A DNA stretch of 64,000 nt from positions 11,145 through 75,144 of the forward strand of contig VXWI01000115.1 in the NCBI GenBank assembly GCA_009835985.1, in the 5' to 3' direction. Positions 1-8,321 of the stretch are shown here, in pieces. The stretch's first letter is position 1, and every line of letters starts with the position of its first letter. Under the pieces are notes generated by a model that had not been told where the DNA came from, made no database searches, and was given only the letters and a program-made list of their open reading frames with translations. A program made the translations under genes and the position numbers. Source of the DNA: Acidobacteriota bacterium (GTDB taxonomy: Bacteria > Acidobacteriota > Vicinamibacteria > Marinacidobacterales > Marinacidobacteraceae).

Positions 1-208
1 GGACCTCCTCGACGTCACTCTCGGTCATGATCGGCCGCAGTCCGACTTCGTCCACCTTGTCGATGGGAACCATGACCAGGGTTGACTTGGACAGCAGGCG
101 CAGGCGATAGAAGCTCGGTCCCGCAGTTCCGTTGGTGGATTCAATACTCTCGACAACGCTGATCCCCTGATTCGGGTAGATCACCTTGTCTCCAACTTCA
201 AACCGCAT
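1..208 (-). CDS. CarD/CdnL-family transcriptional regulator, N-terminal portion (partial; C-terminus lies beyond the window start).
   Basis: Minus-strand reading gives MRFEVGDKVIYPNQGISVVESIESTNGTAGPSFYRLRLLSKSTLVMVPIDKVDEVGLRPIMTESDVEEV, which matches the CarD_TRCF N-terminal domain (Pfam CarD_CdnL_TRCF). The ATG is at 206-208. Confidence 0.7.
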   Translation of the reverse strand, partial: MRFEVGDKVIYPNQGISVVESIESTNGTAGPSFYRLRLLSKSTLVMVPIDKVDEVGLRPIMTESDVEEV

Positions 209-428
209 CAATACTCAGCGACGCCTCCCGGTAGCGTTGTGGATACGCGAACCGTTAATCATACCACACCCCTGAAACGCCGAGAACGCTGGCATTCTTG
301 GGATTTGCCGCGCTGAACGGCCGAGGTCGGCCGAGCTCCCGTTGTCATCGGGATGCCGAAGAACCGTGACCCTTCGTTGGTACACTGTGATTCCGAGCGC
401 CGGTGACTGCTGGACGGCTTCGGAGTTT

Positions 429-516
429 GCCGGAGTGGCGGAATTGGTAGACGCACGGGACTCAAAATCCCGCGGTCCTCGTGATCATGAGGGTTCGAGT
501 CCCTCCTCCGGCACCA
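429..516 (+). tRNA. tRNA-Leu with anticodon CAA (class II, long variable arm; CCA encoded).
   Basis: Acceptor stem gccggag/ctccggc pairs perfectly. The anticodon loop is ggaCTCAAAAtcc. D-loop GGTAGA, T-loop GGTTCGAGTCC, discriminator A followed by CCA. Length 88 nt. Confidence 0.9.
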
Positions 517-567
517 GGTCTGAGCGGACCGGGAACGGGGCCCGCGTCCTGCCGATAACCTGAACCC

Positions 568-900
568 ATGATTCACCCCGAACTCCTCGAGATCCTCTGT
601 TGTCCGGAGACCCGGCAGCCGGTGCGCGAGGCCCCCGAGGCGCTCGTGGAGTCCGTGAACCGGGCCATCCGTGACGGCAGTCTCGCGATGCCCGCCAGCG
701 GCGAGCCCGCCGCGGTCCTCGACGGCGGGCTGGTCCGGGAGGACGGGAAGTTCCTCTATCCGGTGCGCAACGGAATCCCGATCATGCTGATCGACGAGCG
801 CATCGCGATGCCGGCCCCGGAGGGCGAAGACTCAACCGAAGATGTTGAAGAGGATGGCGACTCCGGACATCATCCAGTGGAGACTGGCGCCGGGGCCTGA
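568..900 (+). CDS. Trm112/YcaR-family small protein (DUF343) with an acidic C-terminal tail.
   Basis: MIHPELLEILCCPETRQP...FLYPVRNGIPIMLIDERIA matches the Trm112p-like motif (LLEILvCP...YPIrdGIPvML). Confidence 0.65.
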   Translation: MIHPELLEILCCPETRQPVREAPEALVESVNRAIRDGSLAMPASGEPAAVLDGGLVREDGKFLYPVRNGIPIMLIDERIAMPAPEGEDSTEDVEEDGDSGHHPVETGAGA

Positions 901-1287
901 GAGCATCGCCCGCCGCACCGCGCCGGCCGGCTCCGTCAGTTCGGCCGCCGCCGCCATCTCGGTTCCCATCAGGGGCGGCTCCGCGGTTCCCTCGAAGACG
1001 CCGTCGTAGAGCCGCTGCAACCGCTCGTCGGTGCGGGTGAGCGAGGCGTCCATCCACCAGAACCAGAGCGCGGCCGGGATCGCGGCCAGCCGCAGGAGCA
1101 GCCATCCCTGGAGCACGCCGAAGCCGATGGCGCCCGCCACGAGCGCCACGCTCCCGCGCTTCACCCAGAGCGACTTCCTGGCTACGGCGGCGCGGGAGTC
1201 CTGGATCCGGTCCAGTCCGACGTCCCGGTCCGTACGCGGCGCCTTCGGCCGCTCGGCGCGCAGGGGGGAGCGAGCGGGTCCGGGCAT
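832..1287 (-). CDS. Hypothetical membrane protein.
   Basis: ORF with hydrophobic segments (LVAGAIGFGVLQGWLLLRLAAIPAALWFWW). No recognisable family. Start chosen at MPGPARS. Overlaps the 3' end of the Trm112-like gene on the opposite strand. Confidence 0.3.
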   Translation of the reverse strand: MPGPARSPLRAERPKAPRTDRDVGLDRIQDSRAAVARKSLWVKRGSVALVAGAIGFGVLQGWLLLRLAAIPAALWFWWMDASLTRTDERLQRLYDGVFEGTAEPPLMGTEMAAAAELTEPAGAVRRAMLSGPGASLHWMMSGVAILFNIFG

Positions 1288-1491
1288 GGCTAACAGCCGG
1301 TGGCGGAACTGGCGTGAGCACCGGCCCCCCACCGGGAGAACTGGTGCACGCTGGGCCTCGCTGACAAGGCGCGCGAGGGAGGAATAGCAGCGCTCTTTCG
1401 ACCGAAGCGCAACGATGAGCGAGCCGAAGGCGAGCGGTTCAGCGGGGATTCAGCGGGTGTCGAATGCCGCGGTAGTTTCGTCACAGGCTGT

Positions 1492-1821
1492 CTAGTGAAC
1501 CGTGGAAGAGTCGGTTCCCTGGGGGCGGGGAACGTTGTCGCCCTCCGACTGCTCCACGGCGCTCAACTGGGTCTCGAGCATCTTGATGAGGGCGGGGACG
1601 ATCCGGAAGGGAAGCGTGATCCGGGTCTTGGGATCGGCATGCACGACGGGTTCGCCGGATGCATCGGTGTGCGAGAGGTCCTCCGGCTGGATGCCGGTGA
1701 GACTGCAGAACGTGATCGTCAGATCGAAGGGCGAGTGCGTCGCTTCGCAGAAGTTCGCGTACACCTCCGGACAGGAGACGTCCCGCCGGGCCTTGATCTT
1801 GAACGTTTTCTTCATGTCCAT
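1492..1821 (-). CDS. Small conserved hypothetical protein (DUF3467-like).
   Basis: 109-aa ORF; the YANFCEATHSPFDLTITF motif resembles the DUF3467 family. Codon usage is consistent with the rest of the window. Confidence 0.5.
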   Translation of the reverse strand: MDMKKTFKIKARRDVSCPEVYANFCEATHSPFDLTITFCSLTGIQPEDLSHTDASGEPVVHADPKTRITLPFRIVPALIKMLETQLSAVEQSEGDNVPRPQGTDSSTVH

Positions 1822-1864
1822 GGCGACTCCCGAAGTCGGACCCCGGAAACGGGGTTGCCGACGG

Positions 1865-1939
1865 TAGCGGGGGGCGGACTTGAACCGCCGACCTAAGGGT
1901 TATGAGTCCTTCGCTCTAACCGAACTGAGCTACCCCGCC
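1865..1939 (-). tRNA. tRNA with anticodon CAU (Met elongator or Ile2-lysidine type).
   Basis: Reverse complement is ggcggggtagctcagttcggttagagcgaaggaCTCATAAcccttaggtcggcggttcaagtccgccccccgcta. It forms a cloverleaf with D-stem gctc/gagc, T-arm ggcgg-ttcaagt-ccgcc, and a 7-bp acceptor stem with G1.U72. No encoded CCA. Confidence 0.8.
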
Positions 1940-1984
1940 AGCCGAATTTCGTCGGAACCGATCAATTTTACCACCCGGAACATC

Positions 1985-2000
1985 TGGCACGTCGGTTGCG
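1985..2000 (+). promoter_or_regulatory. Candidate sigma-54 (RpoN) promoter, -24/-12 elements TGGCACG-N4-TTGCG.
   Basis: ctGGCACGtcggTTGCGtt is a near-perfect match to the RpoN consensus TGGCACG-N4-TTGCW. It lies about 50 nt upstream of the Spy/CpxP-like gene (2049) on the same strand. Confidence 0.4.
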
Positions 2001-2048
2001 TTTTCGTGCGATACACCGCGCGCCGAAGCGCGGAAAGGAGTCCCTCCC

Positions 2049-2678
2049 ATGAAGCAGATCACGAGTCCCGCGCCGGTTCGATCCCGCCTCTTCCGCGCCC
2101 TCCTGATCGCGGCGCCGTTCGCCCTGGTCTCCGCCGGGCAGGCCGCCGCGGAATCGCCCCCGGAGCCGGATGCCCGGACTCTCGCGGCGTCCTCCGCGGA
2201 GCCCACGCTCGAGACGGCCTCGCAGCCGGGCCGCGAACGGATGGCGCGCCGGTTCGACCGGCGGTCGGCCGGCCCGGAGCGCCGCGCCCGCCGGGGCGCG
2301 CGCCGTGAAGGCCGCTCGGGTCCGGAGGCGCGCTGGTTCGGACGGCGCGCGGCCGCCGCCCTCGACCTCACCGACGAGCAGCGCGACCAGCTGCGGGACG
2401 CGATGCGGGACATCAGCGACAACCGCCGGGCCAGCCGGCGGGAGGTTGCCGACGCCCGGCGTTCCTTCCAGCGGGCGGCCCGGAACCCCGAGCGCAGCGC
2501 CGAAGAAGTGCAGGCGCTGGGCGAGGCGCTCGGCAGGGCGCAGGCCGACCGGGCGCTGCAGCGGAGGTCCGAACGCGAGCAGATCGCCGCCATCCTGACC
2601 GACGAGCAGCGCGAGCAGCTCGAAACGATGCGCGAGCGCCGGGGACCGCGGGCGCGCACCAGCCGCCGCCGCGGCTAA
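2049..2678 (+). CDS. Periplasmic Spy/CpxP-family stress chaperone (LTXXQ-motif protein).
   Basis: Signal peptide (LLIAAPFALVSAGQAAA). Two LTxxQ motifs (LDLTDEQRDQL, ILTDEQREQLE). Basic, helical, low-complexity remainder, typical of the CpxP/Spy family. RBS aaggag upstream. Confidence 0.6.
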   Translation: MKQITSPAPVRSRLFRALLIAAPFALVSAGQAAAESPPEPDARTLAASSAEPTLETASQPGRERMARRFDRRSAGPERRARRGARREGRSGPEARWFGRRAAAALDLTDEQRDQLRDAMRDISDNRRASRREVADARRSFQRAARNPERSAEEVQALGEALGRAQADRALQRRSEREQIAAILTDEQREQLETMRERRGPRARTSRRRG

Positions 2679-2823
2679 GGGGTCCTTCAGACCGGTGGCG
2701 GGGTCCCTGCCCCGCCACCAGTGAAAGGCGCGCAACGGCTTGGAACCCCCACCGGGAGAACCGTCATGTTCGGTCCACCTGCACACCCCGCCGGGCATGA
2801 AACGGCGGGAACGGCTTGAGCTC

Positions 2824-3043
2824 GGAGCGCCGGCCTCCGGCCGGCATCGCGGCCGCAGGCCGCGAAACGGACGCCGCAGCCGACTCCGATGGCGTGATCC
2901 CTACCGGGAGCGGCTGCCCGCCGCTCGAAACGAGCCGGACCTGGGCCCCACGTTCAGGGGGGAGGAGCGCCATCAGCGCGGGTTTCGCGCTCCCGCGCGG
3001 CCCCCACCGGGAGAACTGGCCGCCGGCCGGAGGCCGGCGCTCC
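2824..3043 (+). mobile_element. MITE-like repeat copy 1, 220 bp, with perfect 22-bp terminal inverted repeats (ggagcgccggcctccggccggc ... gccggccggaggccggcgctcc).
   Basis: About 90% identical over its full length to the reverse complement of 15174-15392. Its 5' half is shared with 28707-28860 and 61238-61265. Intergenic, no coding capacity. Confidence 0.75.
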
Positions 3044-3138
3044 GAGGCGACGCCACCACAGCTGCTGGCCAACTCCGCACGACTGCACTTTCACAGCAAC
3101 TGGCGCGCAGCGCGTGCCGGCTGAAGCCGGCGTTCCAA

Positions 3139-3172
3139 GGAGTCTGAGCCGCATTTCTGCGGCTCAGACTCC
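3139..3172. terminator. Perfect 14-bp stem / 6-nt loop hairpin (ggagtctgagccgc-atttct-gcggctcagactcc); candidate bidirectional terminator.
   Basis: Directly abuts the stop of the minus-strand ORF 3172..3435. No U-tract follows, which is common in high-GC genomes. Confidence 0.4.
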
Positions 3173-3435
3173 TACGCCCGCGCTTCTTCCTCTTCTTCCT
3201 CGGCTTCGAGCAGGCTCCGCTCGTCCTCGGTCAGCACGTCCGCCATCTTCCAGACGGGCTCCTGCGGACCCGGGACGATCCCCTCGATGTCCCGGTCGCC
3301 TTCCCTGGGCACGGCCATCGCCCGCTCTTTCTCGATGGCGCGTTCGCGGCGCCGCAATTCCTTGGCCCGCTGGCGCGCCACGCGCTCCTTTTCCTTCCTG
3401 CGCTTGAGGAACGTCTGTCGGGAACGGTTGGCCAT
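3172..3435 (-). CDS. Hypothetical small protein, basic N-terminus (KRRKEKERVARQRAKELRRRER) and acidic C-terminus (EAEEEEEEARA).
   Basis: 87-aa ORF, no recognisable family. Sits between the MITE/hairpin and the BNR-protein gene. Confidence 0.35.
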   Translation of the reverse strand: MANRSRQTFLKRRKEKERVARQRAKELRRRERAIEKERAMAVPREGDRDIEGIVPGPQEPVWKMADVLTEDERSLLEAEEEEEEARA

Positions 3436-3558
3436 TGGCTCGGGAATGCTAACAAGCCGCTTCCCGGCGAAGTAGCCGCGGACGGACCGGGGGCCGCCTG
3501 GCCATATGCTCTCCGGTTCTCACGTTTCGTGGATTTGTCCCTCAAAGGAGGCCGTTCG

Positions 3559-6500
3559 ATGGCTCTTCGGAAACTGAAACTCGTGCGTCTGCCGCTCATC
3601 GGCCTGGCGGCGCTCGCCCTCGCTGCGCCTGGGTTCACCCAGGACCTGCGGCTGGAAGCCTCGCACCTCCGCACGATGGAGTGGCGCAACATCGGGCCGC
3701 TGCGCGGCGGCCGCTCGCTCTCCTGCATCGGCAGTCCCGGCCGGCGCCACGAGTACTACTTCGGGGCCACCGGCGGCGGTCTGTGGAAGACCCTCGACTC
3801 GGGGACGACGTGGTTTCCGGTGACCGACGGCCAGATCTCGAGCTCCTCGATCGGCGCCGTCGCGGTGGCGGAGACCAACCCCGACATCGTCTTCATCGGC
3901 GGGGGCGAGACCCAGCTCCGGGGCAGCATCACCCAGGGCGACGGCGTCTACAAGAGTTCGGACGGCGGGGAGACCTGGCGCCACGTGGGCCTCCGCGACA
4001 CCCAGGCGGTCGCCCGCATCCGGATCCACCCGGTGAACCCCGACGTCGTCTATGTCGCGGCGCTCGGTCATCCCTACGGCGACAACGAGGAGCGCGGTGT
4101 CTTCCGTTCGCGCGACGGCGGCAACACCTGGGAACGGGTCCTCTTCGTCAGCCCGGGCGCGGGAGCCGCCGACCTCATCATCGACCGGACGAACCCGGAC
4201 GTGCTCTACGCGAGCATCTGGCAGGTGTACCGGAAGGCCTGGAAGATGTGGGGCGGGGGTCCCGATTCCGGCCTCTACCGCTCGGACGACGGCGGCGACA
4301 CCTGGACCGAACTCACCGAAAACCCCGGAATGCCGGCCGGTCCCATCGGCAAGATCGGCGTCACCGTTTCCCCCGCGAACCCCGACCGGGTCTGGGCGAT
4401 CGTGGAGGCCCCCGAGGGCGGGGTGTTCCGGTCCGAGGACGGCGGCGCGACCTGGCGGCTCACCAACAACGAGCGCAAGCTGCGCCAGCGCGCCTTCTAC
4501 TACTCGCGGGTCTACGCCGATCCGGTGGACGTCGACACGGTGTACGCACTGAACACCGGCTTCTACAAGTCGACGGACGGCGGCGAGACCTTCGACCACG
4601 TGATCCGCCCGCCCCACGGGGACCAGCACGACCTCTGGATCGATCCCAACAACCCCATGCGGATGTGCAACTCCAACGACGGCGGGGGCAACGTGAGCGT
4701 GAACGGCGGGGAAACCTGGACCGGTCAGGCCTATTCGACCACCCAGCTCTACCACGTGAACGTGACGAACGACTTCCCCTACCACGTGTGCGGCGCCCAG
4801 CAGGACAACACCACGCTCTGCACGCCCAGCGAGGGCTGGGACCACATGCAGGCGCGAGGTCCCGGCAGCCGCTGGTACTACGACGCCGGCGGCGGCGAGA
4901 GCGGCTACATCACGCAGCATCCCTCGAACCTCGACGTCTTCTACGCCGGCAGCCAGGGAGCGCTGCTGACCCGCTACAACCGCGCGAACGGCCAGATCCG
5001 CGACATCCAGGTCTATCCGCGGTTCTTCTCGGGGGAACCGGCGAGCGCGTTGCCCGACCGCTGGCAGTGGACCTTCCCGATCATCTTCTCGCCGCTCGAC
5101 GAGAACCGGCTCTACACGAGTTCGCAGTTCCTCTACATCACGACTGACGACGGTCAGTCCTGGACGAAGATCAGCCCCGACCTCACCTACGCCGATCCGG
5201 CGACGCTCGGCGAGACCGGCGGCCTCATCACGATGGACATGAACGGACCCGAGATCTACGCGACGATCTTCGCCGTCGTCCCCTCGCAGCACGACATCGA
5301 CACCATCTGGGTCGGCTCGGATGACGGACAGGTCCACGTCACCCGGGATCACGGGGCGAACTGGACGGACATCACCCCGGCCGACCTTCCCAAATTCAGC
5401 CGGGTCAGCATCATCGAGGAGTCGTCGCACCGGCCGGGCACGATCTTCGTGGCCGCCAACCGCTACCAGGTGGACGACCGCGAGCCCTACGTCTTCCGGA
5501 CGACCGACTACGGCGCCACCTGGACGAAGATCGTGGACGGCATCGCCCCCGGGCACTTCGCGCGCGCGGTCCGGGAGGACCCGGTGCGCCAGGGGCTGCT
5601 CTTCCTCGGGACCGAGCACGGGGTGTACGCCTCCTGGGACGACGGGGACCAGTGGGTCTCGCTCCAGCAGAACCTCCCGGACACCCCGATCCGCGACCTG
5701 GTGGTCAAGGATGCGGACGTGGTGCTCGGCACCCACGGCCGCGGCTTCTGGATTCTCGACGACATCCAGCCCCTCCGCCAGTACACCCCCGAGTCGCTGA
5801 ACGCCACGCTGACGGTCTTCGATCCCGACCCGGCGGTGCGCGGAGTCCAGGACGGGATCGTCCAGTACCACCTCGCGGAGGAGGTGGACTCGGTGGTGGT
5901 GGAGATCCACGACGCGAGCGGGACGCTGGTGGACCGCTTCGAGGGCACCGAACCGGACTTCGAGGCGGAGCCGGACTTTTCGTGGTTCCGGGTGCGGCGC
6001 TCGTCGGAGCCGACCACGGGCCAGGGCCTGAACCGCTTCGTCTGGAGCGGCCGCTACCAGGGCGCCGTCGAGTTCGACGGGATGATCCTCTGGAGCGCGC
6101 GGGCCACCAGCGGTCCGAAGGCGCCTCCCGGTGAGTACCGGGTGAGCGTCACCGCGGCCGGAGTCACCGAGACCACGAACCTCACGCTGACCGCGGATCC
6201 CCGACTCAAGGGCGTCTCCACCGCCGACCTCGTGGAGCAGTTCGAACTGGCCAGCAGGATCCGGGACCGCACATCCGAGGCGAACGAGGCCGTGATCCAG
6301 ATCCGGGATGTCCGCGTTCAACTCGAGGAGCGCCTGGAGGGATCGAGCGACCAGGGTCTGATCGCCGACGGCGGCCGGCTGCTCGAGGAGATGACCGAGG
6401 TCGAGGAAGCGATCTACCAGACGAAGAACCGCAGCAACCAGGATCCGCTGAACTTCCCGATCCGGCTGAACAACCGGCTCGCATCGCTCCGCCGCAGCGT

Positions 6501-6684
6501 GGAGACCGGCGATGCGAAGCCCACGGACGGCGCTTACGCGGTCTTCGAGGAGTTGTCAGGCGAGCTGGATCAGCACCTGGGACGGCTCGGCGGGCTGCTC
6601 AGCGACCGTCTCGACGACCTGAACGGAAGGATCACCGCCGGCGGCGCGGACCCGGTGGACGCCGGGCGCTGGAAGGAGCAGTAG
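3559..6684 (+). CDS. Large secreted BNR/Asp-box repeat protein (sortilin/Vps10-like beta-propeller glycosidase-like).
   Basis: RBS aaggagg 8 nt upstream of ATG 3559. Signal peptide (LPLIGLAALALAAPGFTQ). At least 9 Asp-box motifs S/T-x-D-x-G-x-T/S-W (SSDGGETW, SRDGGNTW, SDDGGDTW, SEDGGATW, STDGGETF, TDDGQSW, TRDHGANW, TTDYGATW, WDDGDQW). Confidence 0.8.
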   Translation: MALRKLKLVRLPLIGLAALALAAPGFTQDLRLEASHLRTMEWRNIGPLRGGRSLSCIGSPGRRHEYYFGATGGGLWKTLDSGTTWFPVTDGQISSSSIGAVAVAETNPDIVFIGGGETQLRGSITQGDGVYKSSDGGETWRHVGLRDTQAVARIRIHPVNPDVVYVAALGHPYGDNEERGVFRSRDGGNTWERVLFVSPGAGAADLIIDRTNPDVLYASIWQVYRKAWKMWGGGPDSGLYRSDDGGDTWTELTENPGMPAGPIGKIGVTVSPANPDRVWAIVEAPEGGVFRSEDGGATWRLTNNERKLRQRAFYYSRVYADPVDVDTVYALNTGFYKSTDGGETFDHVIRPPHGDQHDLWIDPNNPMRMCNSNDGGGNVSVNGGETWTGQAYSTTQLYHVNVTNDFPYHVCGAQQDNTTLCTPSEGWDHMQARGPGSRWYYDAGGGESGYITQHPSNLDVFYAGSQGALLTRYNRANGQIRDIQVYPRFFSGEPASALPDRWQWTFPIIFSPLDENRLYTSSQFLYITTDDGQSWTKISPDLTYADPATLGETGGLITMDMNGPEIYATIFAVVPSQHDIDTIWVGSDDGQVHVTRDHGANWTDITPADLPKFSRVSIIEESSHRPGTIFVAANRYQVDDREPYVFRTTDYGATWTKIVDGIAPGHFARAVREDPVRQGLLFLGTEHGVYASWDDGDQWVSLQQNLPDTPIRDLVVKDADVVLGTHGRGFWILDDIQPLRQYTPESLNATLTVFDPDPAVRGVQDGIVQYHLAEEVDSVVVEIHDASGTLVDRFEGTEPDFEAEPDFSWFRVRRSSEPTTGQGLNRFVWSGRYQGAVEFDGMILWSARATSGPKAPPGEYRVSVTAAGVTETTNLTLTADPRLKGVSTADLVEQFELASRIRDRTSEANEAVIQIRDVRVQLEERLEGSSDQGLIADGGRLLEEMTEVEEAIYQTKNRSNQDPLNFPIRLNNRLASLRRSVETGDAKPTDGAYAVFEELSGELDQHLGRLGGLLSDRLDDLNGRITAGGADPVDAGRWKEQ

Positions 6685-6723
6685 CCGCTTCCCCCGGGAC
6701 CGGCGGCCGGGCGCCGGAGCCGC

Positions 6724-7323
6724 CTAGTGCGCTCCGGCGCGCCCGTCTGCGAACGCGGCGGCTCCGCGTTCCGGCGGTGGTTCCCCGGGGGCGAAGGGCG
6801 GGGCCGCGAGCAGGTCCACCTCGTTCGTGAGCATCAGCTCGCCGTCGAAGACGAACCGGCCCGAGAACGGTTGCTCCCGCAGGAGGAGCGGAAGCCAGAC
6901 CGCATCGTCTTCCCACATGCGCTCGTAGGGAATGGACTCGAGGTCCGCCCAGAGCGGCGTGGCCTCGACGGTGGATTCGGGCTCGCCCGCAAATCCGTCG
7001 GCGCGGAACACGTAGACGTGGATCGAGTAACCGTCCACGAACTGGAAGCGCAGTTCCCCGGCGGGACGGATCCCGGTGGGGCGGATCCGGATCTCCTCCT
7101 CCGCCTCGCGGACCGCCGCGGCGCGGGGCGTCTCGCCGGGTTCCAGCCGGCCGCCGGGCCCGTTGACCTTCCCCTGACCCAGCCCGCGGTGTTTCTCGAT
7201 CAGCAGGATCCGGCCGCCCGCGACCACAAAGAGCAGGGTCGCCCGTTCCTCGGGAGTCCAGCCGTCCCAGGAGAACGCCCGCAGGAACGCCCGCGCCTCG
7301 GCGGAAACGCCGTTTTCCGTCAA
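6724..7323 (-). CDS. NUDIX hydrolase (MutT/8-oxo-dGTP diphosphatase-like).
   Basis: Nudix box GPGGRLEPGETPRAAAVREAEEEIRI (Gx5Ex7REUxEExGU). Start assigned to a TTG whose sequence overlaps the TGA stop of the upstream AIM24 gene (TTGA). The 527-aa ORF in the track is an out-of-frame read-through artefact. Confidence 0.7.
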   Translation of the reverse strand: MTENGVSAEARAFLRAFSWDGWTPEERATLLFVVAGGRILLIEKHRGLGQGKVNGPGGRLEPGETPRAAAVREAEEEIRIRPTGIRPAGELRFQFVDGYSIHVYVFRADGFAGEPESTVEATPLWADLESIPYERMWEDDAVWLPLLLREQPFSGRFVFDGELMLTNEVDLLAAPPFAPGEPPPERGAAAFADGRAGAH

Positions 7324-8321
7324 CTGCCGTCCCAGCCGACCCCGGAGAGACGACCGAGGAGCGACCCCTCGCCCTTGCCGCCGCCGCCGGTCTGCGGTGC
7401 GGCCTGGTGGATCCGTCCGGCCAGCCGGCTGAACGGCAGCGACTGCAGCCAGACCCATCCCGGGCCGGTGAGGCTCGCGAAGAAGAAGCCTTCGCCGCCG
7501 AAGATGGCGGACTTGATGCCGCCCACGAACTGGATGTCGTAGTTCACCGAGGGGGCGAGCGCGACGAGACACCCGGTGTCCACCCGCAGGTTCTCGCCGG
7601 CGGCCAGTTCCCGCTTCACGACCGTGCCGCCGGCGTGGAGGAAGGCCAGCCCGTCGCCCTCGAGCGACTGCATGATGAAGCCCTCGCCGCCGAACAGCGC
7701 GGTGCCGATCTTGCGCTGGAACGCGATGCCGATCGAGACGCCCTTGGCGCCGCAGAGGAACGCGTCCTTCTGGGCGATGAGCCGGCCGCCCAGTTCGTCG
7801 AGCTGGACCGGCAGGATCTTGCCCGGATAGGGCGAGGCGAAGGCCACGTGCTGTTTGCCGCCGCCCTGGTTCACGAACTCCGTCATGAACAGGCTCTCGC
7901 CGGTGAGCAGCCGCTTGCCGGCGCCCAGCATCTTGTCCATGAAACCCGTCTGGTTCCCGTCGCCGAAGATCGTCTGCATCTCGATGCCGGCGCTCATGAA
8001 CATCATGGCTCCCGCTTCGGCCACGGCCCCTTCGCCGGGATCGAGCTCGACCTCCACGAACTGCATCTCCTCGCCGTAGATCCGGTAGTCCACCTCGTGC
8101 ATCCGGCGGGGCGCCGGCGGACGGGGCGGCGCCGCGCCGTTGCCGATGCCGGTCCGCAGCTCCGGGACATCGGAGGCCGGCGTCCAGGAGCTTTCTCCGA
8201 GCGGGCACACCAGCGTGCCCGAGGTCCAGCGGCCGCTCTGGAGCGACTGCCGGACATCGGCCGTGGAGAACGGACCCAGAGTCCGGCCTCCCTCGGCTAC
8301 GTACCATTGACTGGTTGACAT
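7320..8321 (-). CDS. AIM24/TIGR00266-family protein with N-terminal DUF4339 (GYF-like) domain.
   Basis: MSTSQWYVAEGGRTLGPFSTADVRQSLQSGRWTSGTLVCPLGESSWTPASDV resembles DUF4339. The remaining ~270 aa match the AIM24 family (FGDGNQTGFMDKMLGAGKRLLTGESLFMTEF...). RBS aaggag precedes the ATG at 8319-8321. Confidence 0.75.
   Translation of the reverse strand: MSTSQWYVAEGGRTLGPFSTADVRQSLQSGRWTSGTLVCPLGESSWTPASDVPELRTGIGNGAAPPRPPAPRRMHEVDYRIYGEEMQFVEVELDPGEGAVAEAGAMMFMSAGIEMQTIFGDGNQTGFMDKMLGAGKRLLTGESLFMTEFVNQGGGKQHVAFASPYPGKILPVQLDELGGRLIAQKDAFLCGAKGVSIGIAFQRKIGTALFGGEGFIMQSLEGDGLAFLHAGGTVVKRELAAGENLRVDTGCLVALAPSVNYDIQFVGGIKSAIFGGEGFFFASLTGPGWVWLQSLPFSRLAGRIHQAAPQTGGGGKGEGSLLGRLSGVGWDGS

Noticed and set aside
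259-576. Minus-strand 105-aa ORF and + strand 73-aa ORF overlapping the tRNA-Leu locus
   Set aside because: They overlap a canonical tRNA gene and its flanks. No coding signal.
3436-3558. Possible sigma-54 promoter (TGGCC...GGctcgggaatGC) upstream of the BNR-repeat gene
   Set aside because: GG-to-GC spacing is 9 rather than 10, and the -12 region does not match TTGCW. The resemblance is too weak.
3520-6321. 933-aa antisense ORF opposite the BNR-repeat gene
   Set aside because: Low-complexity Arg/Gly/Val/Asp-rich translation typical of antisense frames in high-GC DNA, with no domain similarity. The sense-strand gene has clear Asp-box repeats, an RBS and a signal peptide.
6724-8307. 527-aa minus-strand ORF in the track spanning the NUDIX and AIM24 region
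   Set aside because: Only its C-terminal roughly 200 aa (NUDIX) show protein-like sequence. The N-terminal 330 aa are Arg/Gly/Pro-rich out-of-frame read-through of the AIM24 gene, which is encoded in another frame (7320-8321).
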